A DNA stretch of 64,000 bases, taken from positions 34,542 through 98,541 of the IMG/VR virus record IMGVR_UViG_3300037455_001397, one strand, 5' to 3'. Below are positions 58,054-64,000 of this stretch, piece after piece. Within the stretch, counting starts at the first letter, position 1, and every line of letters starts with the position of its first letter. A model generated the notes under the pieces. It saw only the letters and a program-made list of their open reading frames with translations, searched no databases and had not been told where the DNA came from. Origin of the DNA: a virus. Taxonomy: Duplodnaviria; Caudoviricetes. The translations under genes were made by a program, and so were the position numbers.

Positions 58054-58734
58054 ATGACGATGGAAACGGACGCGACCAATATGGCGAGTCATATCCTGAA
58101 AATCGGGTGTTTCACACTCCTGATCATCATTGCTTCGTTCATCGGGTGCTGTACGTTCATTGATTCCAGGTATCATCATGATGCCGACAGGGCCTGGGCG
58201 AACGCGCTGGACTGTGCGGGTCAGCTCCACAAAATCGGTGAAGGGCTCTATTACCTGACGCAGCCCGACAAGATGCCGGAATCCCTGCGTAGCAAAGTGG
58301 AGACGGGACTGAAAGTCACACCGGACATGACGGTCGCCGATCTGATCCGGGAGGGGGTGCAGCGGGGCTTTCTGAATGACAGTCTGGACGGGAAGTATCT
58401 CCGATGTGCGCGGACCGGGGAACCGTATCTGGTGCTTCCCGTTCCCGCGTCCGTTTTGTTCCTGGATTGCGATCCGCAGAACCGGATCCCTATCGTCATG
58501 GACCCGCCGCATGCCCATGACGAAAGCAAATCGCTCACGTTTGTCTGCCGGCTGTTTTTCGGTCACAGTTCGAAATTCATTTCCACAGCCCGTGTGCTGT
58601 ACGCGGATGGCGGCGTCGTGACGATCAGCCGGGAAGAGGCGGAAAAACTCGTCGCCGAACAGTCCCCCGTCCCGCTCGAGATCGTTTTTGAAACCGGGCT
58701 TGCCGGACCCGATAAAAAGGACGACAGGAAATGA
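58054..58734 (+). CDS. Membrane-anchored protein, paralogue 1 (H-X9-DG-like tail)
   Basis: N-terminal TM; TPDMTVADLIRE, PYLVxPVPASVL, RIPIVMD and ARVLYADGGV motifs. Confidence 0.7.
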   Translation: MTMETDATNMASHILKIGCFTLLIIIASFIGCCTFIDSRYHHDADRAWANALDCAGQLHKIGEGLYYLTQPDKMPESLRSKVETGLKVTPDMTVADLIREGVQRGFLNDSLDGKYLRCARTGEPYLVLPVPASVLFLDCDPQNRIPIVMDPPHAHDESKSLTFVCRLFFGHSSKFISTARVLYADGGVVTISREEAEKLVAEQSPVPLEIVFETGLAGPDKKDDRK

Positions 58735-59390
58735 AAAACGTTTTACTCATCTTGCTGGTAATCCTGCTCGGATTCGTCGGGGGCTACATTTTCATCGAGC
58801 CGTATCAGCATCACGCGTTCCATGCGCACCTCTACGCCACGAGATGCACGGCGACCCTCGGCGGCCACATCGGCGAGATCCTGCACTGCATGGCACGGCC
58901 CGACGAGGAACCGGAAATCTGGCAGGAAGTAAATGAGACTCCGCCCGAGATCACGCCGGATATGACGGTCGCCGATCTGATCCGGGAGGCCCTGCGCCGG
59001 GAGTTCTTAATCGAAAAAGATCTTTGCTGTCCGTACAGCAAGCGCCCCTATCTGGTGTTCCCCGTGCCCGCTTCGGTCCTGCTTCAGCCCGAGGATCCGC
59101 AGCACCGGATCCCGATCGTCATGGACAGTCCGGATTTCCACATGGAGACCGATTTCAGGGTGAAGCTCTTCATGGCGCGGGATTCGTACACCGGGAAGAA
59201 ATACCACCTCACGGCGCGCGTGCTGTACGCGGACGGCGGTGTCGGAACGATCAGTATGGAGGAAGCCGAAAAACTCGTCGCGGAACAGCATCCCGTGCCG
59301 TTTGAGCTCAAAAGAACCGAGGATGAACGGGAATCGGAACCGGGCGATATCGAATCTGAAACTGCCCTCAAACGCCTCGGTGTGGAATGA
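58731..59390 (+). CDS. Membrane-anchored protein, paralogue 2
   Basis: Same motifs as paralogue 1; ATGA overlap. Confidence 0.7.
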   Translation: MKNVLLILLVILLGFVGGYIFIEPYQHHAFHAHLYATRCTATLGGHIGEILHCMARPDEEPEIWQEVNETPPEITPDMTVADLIREALRREFLIEKDLCCPYSKRPYLVFPVPASVLLQPEDPQHRIPIVMDSPDFHMETDFRVKLFMARDSYTGKKYHLTARVLYADGGVGTISMEEAEKLVAEQHPVPFELKRTEDERESEPGDIESETALKRLGVE

Positions 59391-59493
59391 TCCCGGTCTG
59401 CATCAATTAGTCCTCTCCCCTGTCCGGCAGGCTCCGGGCAGGAAGTCGGCGGATGTTCGGTAAATGATTCTCGACATTTTCGGTATTTTCCGC

Positions 59494-59556
59494 TTGATTA
59501 TTTGCTTGGGGCGTGGTATAATAAAGTTGTGATTCCTCAAACCCTCCATCAGCAAC
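59494..59556 (+). promoter_or_regulatory. Repeated cassette promoter/leader, copy 4
   Basis: TTGATT-17-TATAAT plus the conserved leader. Confidence 0.8.
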
Positions 59557-59612
59557 ACAGCGAAAGAAACTGAACCGGAATCAGCAACACCAATTCCATA
59601 GGAGAAAATAAC

Positions 59613-59909
59613 ATGAAACATAAAACAGGCATCATCATCACCGCGATCCTCTGCGGACTTTGCCTTCTCGCCTTTGTTCTTGTGCTGGCGTTCACGCATT
59701 GGAACACAGATGGGAAAAAGGAACGGAGAACGGTGCCGCAATACTCGCTGGAGGAGCTGGAGAATGCGGAAATGACGGTGACCGAGGCAACGAACGCCGA
59801 CAGCAATAGATCGGCGGGCACTTCGCTGAACAATGACCAATGGGAAGAACTGGCCGAATCCCTCACCAACATCAAATTAGGAGACAACTATGCAAACTAT
59901 TTGTCTTAA
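59613..59909 (+). CDS. Short membrane-anchored protein or truncated gene
   Basis: Same RBS and MKH start as 53437; TM segment; ends at a GC-content break. Confidence 0.5.
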   Translation: MKHKTGIIITAILCGLCLLAFVLVLAFTHWNTDGKKERRTVPQYSLEELENAEMTVTEATNADSNRSAGTSLNNDQWEELAESLTNIKLGDNYANYLS

Positions 59910-61017
59910 ATGTATTCTGTTTGCTTTTTGTGTTACATGTTGTTTTTTTGCATATTCCTCTGAATATAATAAAAATACGTCAATTGACAAAATACAGATT
60001 GAATCATTAAAAAAAGATATTGATGTGATCTGTAGATATCTTCAAAAAAAGGAGAAGATATTTGATGATTATATAAATAAAATAGAAAGAAAAACTTTTT
60101 ATGAAAGAGAAATGATTCAACGATATCAAAAATACTATACAATGCTTCACACAAAAGAAATAACCGTTTCTCAGATTGAAATGTTGTTGTTAATTGTCGT
60201 TCGCATTCAATATTCGTACACAAGAACATCTGATGACGATTTCTGTCGTGTCGTTTTACAAATGCTTAATTCAAATTTCTTTTTTGAATCCTGTTTTGTT
60301 ATTTTTATGGATTATGTTTCAGCCGATTTTGTGGATAATAATATTGAAAGTATTATTTACTCAATTAAAAATAATCCTCAAATTAATCGAGACCTTATTC
60401 GTCGTATTCCATTCTCTGCTCTTGCAAAACAAAACAATCGGGATTTTTTTAACGAGTTAGTAAAAGAATCAAAAGAGAAAATAAAACAATTAGAAGAAAA
60501 AAACGATAGAAAAAGCATTTCTGATAGAAATAAAGAGCTTCTTTTTTGTGCATTGTTTGGTGACAATGAATCTTTTGCGTTATTGCTGGATTTCTTTTAT
60601 AATTCAAAAGGAACCGATTTCTATGAATACGCAAATATTCTTTCTATTTTAGATACGAGAGAGTCTCTTTCTGCAATTGTATCAAGATTCCCAGAAAATA
60701 CTGGAGAGCCAACATTCTATACAGATTCATCCCCTCGATTCAAAATCTTGCGCATTCTTTTTTATAAGTTCCATGAAGATCCTTTCTTTCTTCCTTATCG
60801 GACGTACTTGGAAGAGCCTACTGTCTTTTCTTCACCTCCAAATTATCCAGATTCTTTTATCGGTGGGGAAGAAGGTGTAAAAAAATTATTTTCTGATCTT
60901 CAAAAATGGACACAGGAGCGTTTAGGGATTGAGTTGCATTTTGAAAAGAGTATTCCTAAAATCAATTCTGGACCACAATACGAAAGGTCTTTTTTATATT
61001 CTCCTAATCAAGAATAA
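59890..61017 (+). CDS. AT-rich exported hypothetical protein
   Basis: SD AGGAG, signal-like N-terminus, 375 aa, much lower GC than its neighbours. Confidence 0.7.
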   Translation: MQTICLKCILFAFCVTCCFFAYSSEYNKNTSIDKIQIESLKKDIDVICRYLQKKEKIFDDYINKIERKTFYEREMIQRYQKYYTMLHTKEITVSQIEMLLLIVVRIQYSYTRTSDDDFCRVVLQMLNSNFFFESCFVIFMDYVSADFVDNNIESIIYSIKNNPQINRDLIRRIPFSALAKQNNRDFFNELVKESKEKIKQLEEKNDRKSISDRNKELLFCALFGDNESFALLLDFFYNSKGTDFYEYANILSILDTRESLSAIVSRFPENTGEPTFYTDSSPRFKILRILFYKFHEDPFFLPYRTYLEEPTVFSSPPNYPDSFIGGEEGVKKLFSDLQKWTQERLGIELHFEKSIPKINSGPQYERSFLYSPNQE

Positions 61018-61024
61018 TACCTTA

Positions 61025-61298
61025 ATGAAAAATACTATAGCCCCCCCCAATGTTCCATGCCCCGCCAGTTCTTTCATCTCCTTTTCCTCTGCCTCGTGCT
61101 GTTGCTCTCGCTTCTTCCTCTGCGCGTTCAAGCGGCATTGCCGAAGGAGCTTCCGGCATCGCCGACGAAGTTCCTGACGGGAGCCTGCCTGACGCGTTCG
61201 GGAGACCTGTGGATCACGGCGGAGGCGGGCGACATCGGGAACGTGCCGAACAGAAGATTGAGGCGCTTCAGGAACTGCAGAAGAAGCTTCGCCGCTGA
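61025..61298 (+). pseudogene. 5' fragment of a secreted beta-propeller-like gene fused to the repeat
   Basis: Signal peptide and GDLWITAE motif, interrupted at 61246 by the direct repeat; C8 tract at 61041-61048. Confidence 0.5.
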
Positions 61299-61506
61299 TA
61301 TTGGCTTCCGAGGGAAAACGTCCGCTCAAACCACGGAGCAATAATCCATCCACTCAACCGTAGCTCGTCCCCCGCCGTCCTGTCACGGGCGGCAGGGAGC
61401 GGAGCCAACCGGGCATCTCTGCCAGTTGTCACGCCTCAACTCGGAACTCCTGTAACTGGTCGTCACGAAGACTCATCCCGGCAGGCTCCGGGAAGGAAGT
61501 CAGCGG
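61246..61506 (+). repeat. About 260-bp direct repeat, copy 2
   Basis: Near-identical to 55941-56198. Confidence 0.9.
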
Positions 61507-61573
61507 GTGAGCAGGAGAAGTTTGGTGGTGTCGGGGTTAGTCGGCTGGGGGTGGCGAGGGCGGTTCGGGATCG

Positions 61574-64000
61574 TCAGCGGAAGTCAAAGAAGCTTTTTCC
61601 TGACCGGAGGACCTCCAAAGCCCTGGAATTGTTCTTGAATATTTCTTCCAATCCGACATCGATCAGTACAGGGTCCTTTTGTTTCGAGTCACGGGATCTC
61701 CTTTGCACCGTAACATCCGTACGGGCGCCGTATTTCAGCAGGACTTTCGCCGACTCATATTCTCCGCAGGACAAAGCCATATACAGGGCAGACGATTTGT
61801 CCGCATTTTTCGTATCTCCGGGGGATTCGGGGAAATCCGGCACAAAACCGTGCTGCAATAGAAGTTCCGTCATTTTTGCATGATCGCGGAGTGTCGCCGA
61901 GGTTCGCAGAGGATAGCTCTTTCCTTCGCGCCGATAATAGTCCGGCGAAACGCTTGCTCCATGTTCAATCAGCAGTTCCGCCATTTCCAGATGATTTTCA
62001 AACACGGCAAGCGAAATCGGCTTGCCATTGGCAGCATCGTCATCCGCATTGACGTCAACTCCGGAGGCAAGATACTCTTTCACCAGATCAAGATCGTTGC
62101 TTCTGACCGCAACCCCGAATGAGATTTTGAAGCCGCGCGCAGCCAGAAGATCGACCATTTCCTTCGTGCCGGCTCGGTATGCGCTCGTCAAGGGACTGCG
62201 GCCAGAGCTCAGTTTCTTCTCCGGGTCAAGCCCTTGTTCCAGGAAAAACCGAAAGGCACCGGAGTTTTTATATGAAACAGCCTGGTCAAAACACTGGTTC
62301 CAGTCATCCTCGGACAGGCGATCGTGGAACTCCCACATAACAGGAAGGAGATCGTTCTTTTGATTCAAAATGATGTTTCCGATCAAGCCTGCTCTAAATT
62401 CAGCGCCGGCGGCAAGCAATGTCCTGACGATTTCCGGATTTGAATTCTGATCCGGTTCCAGTTTTATCGCATGTTCCAACAATGTCTTTCCGTCGCTTTC
62501 CGGCTTATTGATATTTGCAAGATTATCTTTGTCTTCCAGGGCTTTTTTCAGACCGGCGACATCGTCGTTTTTAACCATTGAGAACAAAGATGGCTGGGTC
62601 CCGGCAATAATCTTATTCATGATTTCAGGATCAATGGTACGATTATATTGAAGAATGTGATCTAAAAGAGTTTTTCCTTCTGGGTCTTTCTGATTAAGAT
62701 CATAACCATTTTCAAGAAGAAGATCGAATACTTCCTTGTTGTTATGGTATGCCGCTTCACGTGCACAACTCCACCCCCACTCTGTATGGAGCACAGCTGC
62801 CCCTCCATTTTTTAACAAGAATTTAGAAATTATGTTCAACCTTTTAACAAGATCTTCATCGAATCTGTCTCTGTCTGCAGCAGCTATCGCGGGATAGAGC
62901 AATGGATATTTCATCCCACTTCGCGGATTAATTGCAATCTTATTGAAATCAAGATTCTTTCCCTCGCACAGTTCAATCAGTTCATCATATCTCGCGCTTC
63001 CGATCAGATCGTACACCAGATTGATTTCCTCCTGCGTATTCGGGAACGTTTCGCCGGCGGATTGCTGTTTCACGTCCTCGATCCTCTTGTCCAGCGCATC
63101 CTGTCTGGCCTGTTCTTCCGCTTGTTTTCGCTCGGCTTCCTTCCTGTCCGATTCCTGAATCATCTGACGCATCGTCATATCGGCGTTCATTTTCTTTTTC
63201 TGAAGCGTCCGGTATTCGCGGATCGCGTTCGCCTGTTCCTTCGAAATGCCGCCGCGCGGGATTTCCAGATATGTAGTCTTCCCTCGGGGCGAAATATCGA
63301 GCCCGACGATCAGGAAGAGCTTTTTCGCGGATGTTTCCAGCAGGACCATCGGCTGTTCGGCGGCGGTGATGTCCATCGGGACGCCGCAGTAGTCGCCCAC
63401 GAGTTTCGCGGGGTCCTTGCACAGGGATTCGATCTTGTCGTCGGGGATCGCCGCGCAGCGCTTGTTGAGGCTCAGCAGCAGGTAGTCGCCTTCGCCGGGA
63501 TACGCGTCCACGCCGTCGAAATAGTCGCACCCGGCCTGAAGCATTTCCTTTTTGAAAGATCTTCCATTGGGCTGTACCGGAGACTTTCCCTGGGAGAAGA
63601 AAGTGAAGTCTCCGGCCTTCGCAGCGGCGGGGTAGTACGCTTTCAGGTCATTCTGGGCTGCTGCGACTTCCTTCATCTTTCCTTCCGCGAGGTTCGGAAC
63701 GCCCGAACCCGATATGGTGATGGATTTCAGGCCGTCGATCGCCGGCGGCATGTTCAGCAGCGCGGTCAGATCGGGATTCTTTTTCCACGACGTTCCGTCC
63801 GGGATGCGGACGTATGCGAGCTGCTGCCAAATGTATCCGGGAGAATGGTCCCTCAGCTTGAAAACATAAGTCGACTGGTCCGTTTCATCTTTCATGAGAT
63901 ACCAGGACTCCGTTTTCATGCCCTGCAGTTTTGTCGTCGGTTTCTTTTCCGGGAGAACGCCCGTCGAAAGGATCGATTTGATCTCGTCTTCCGACAGGAT
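61574..64000 (-). CDS. Ankyrin-repeat protein (5' end outside the window)
   Basis: Frame is open to base 64000; GKTLLDHIL, GKPISLAV...LLIEHGA and LLKYGA ankyrin-like repeats. Confidence 0.8.
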   Translation of the reverse strand: MLSEDEIKSILSTGVLPEKKPTTKLQGMKTESWYLMKDETDQSTYVFKLRDHSPGYIWQQLAYVRIPDGTSWKKNPDLTALLNMPPAIDGLKSITISGSGVPNLAEGKMKEVAAAQNDLKAYYPAAAKAGDFTFFSQGKSPVQPNGRSFKKEMLQAGCDYFDGVDAYPGEGDYLLLSLNKRCAAIPDDKIESLCKDPAKLVGDYCGVPMDITAAEQPMVLLETSAKKLFLIVGLDISPRGKTTYLEIPRGGISKEQANAIREYRTLQKKKMNADMTMRQMIQESDRKEAERKQAEEQARQDALDKRIEDVKQQSAGETFPNTQEEINLVYDLIGSARYDELIELCEGKNLDFNKIAINPRSGMKYPLLYPAIAAADRDRFDEDLVKRLNIISKFLLKNGGAAVLHTEWGWSCAREAAYHNNKEVFDLLLENGYDLNQKDPEGKTLLDHILQYNRTIDPEIMNKIIAGTQPSLFSMVKNDDVAGLKKALEDKDNLANINKPESDGKTLLEHAIKLEPDQNSNPEIVRTLLAAGAEFRAGLIGNIILNQKNDLLPVMWEFHDRLSEDDWNQCFDQAVSYKNSGAFRFFLEQGLDPEKKLSSGRSPLTSAYRAGTKEMVDLLAARGFKISFGVAVRSNDLDLVKEYLASGVDVNADDDAANGKPISLAVFENHLEMAELLIEHGASVSPDYYRREGKSYPLRTSATLRDHAKMTELLLQHGFVPDFPESPGDTKNADKSSALYMALSCGEYESAKVLLKYGARTDVTVQRRSRDSKQKDPVLIDVGLEEIFKNNSRALEVLRSGKSFFDFR

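Overview
The window has five parts. (1) 1-11.5 kb is a prophage tail module: the C-terminus of a tape-measure protein, hub/baseplate-like genes, four paralogous tail-fibre genes and small membrane/lipoprotein genes. (2) 12.1-20.9 kb is a co-oriented island of small, mostly acidic phage 'early' genes, including an amidoligase, two GGCT-like genes and a DUF3846-like gene. Its six operons each sit behind an array of degenerate promoter-like units spaced at half-integer helical turns (57/58, 67/68, 99 and 120 bp). Inverted copies of the unit lie downstream of two blocks, and two conserved 3' hairpins share an identical 17-nt loop that is antisense to the lead-gene ribosome-binding sites. This regulatory architecture is my best candidate for an undescribed system. 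(3) 21.2-36.3 kb is a defence operon: a type III-like Mod/Res pair followed by a hybrid DISARM (C5 methylase, SNF2, DrmABC, Vsr). (4) 40.8-51.8 kb is an AT-rich CoCoNuT-like McrBC-type system with a TerY-like vWA protein and kinase but no phosphatase. Two tRNA-Ala 3'-end duplicates at 52.8 and 53.1 kb probably mark the right end (attR) of the integrated element(s). (5) 53.2-61.5 kb is an array of unrelated exported-protein genes behind four copies of one promoter/leader, followed by a partial ankyrin-repeat gene. The host is plausibly PVC superphylum (Lentisphaerota-like); this is a weak inference from protein motifs. All family assignments come from recognising motifs by eye; no database searches were run.
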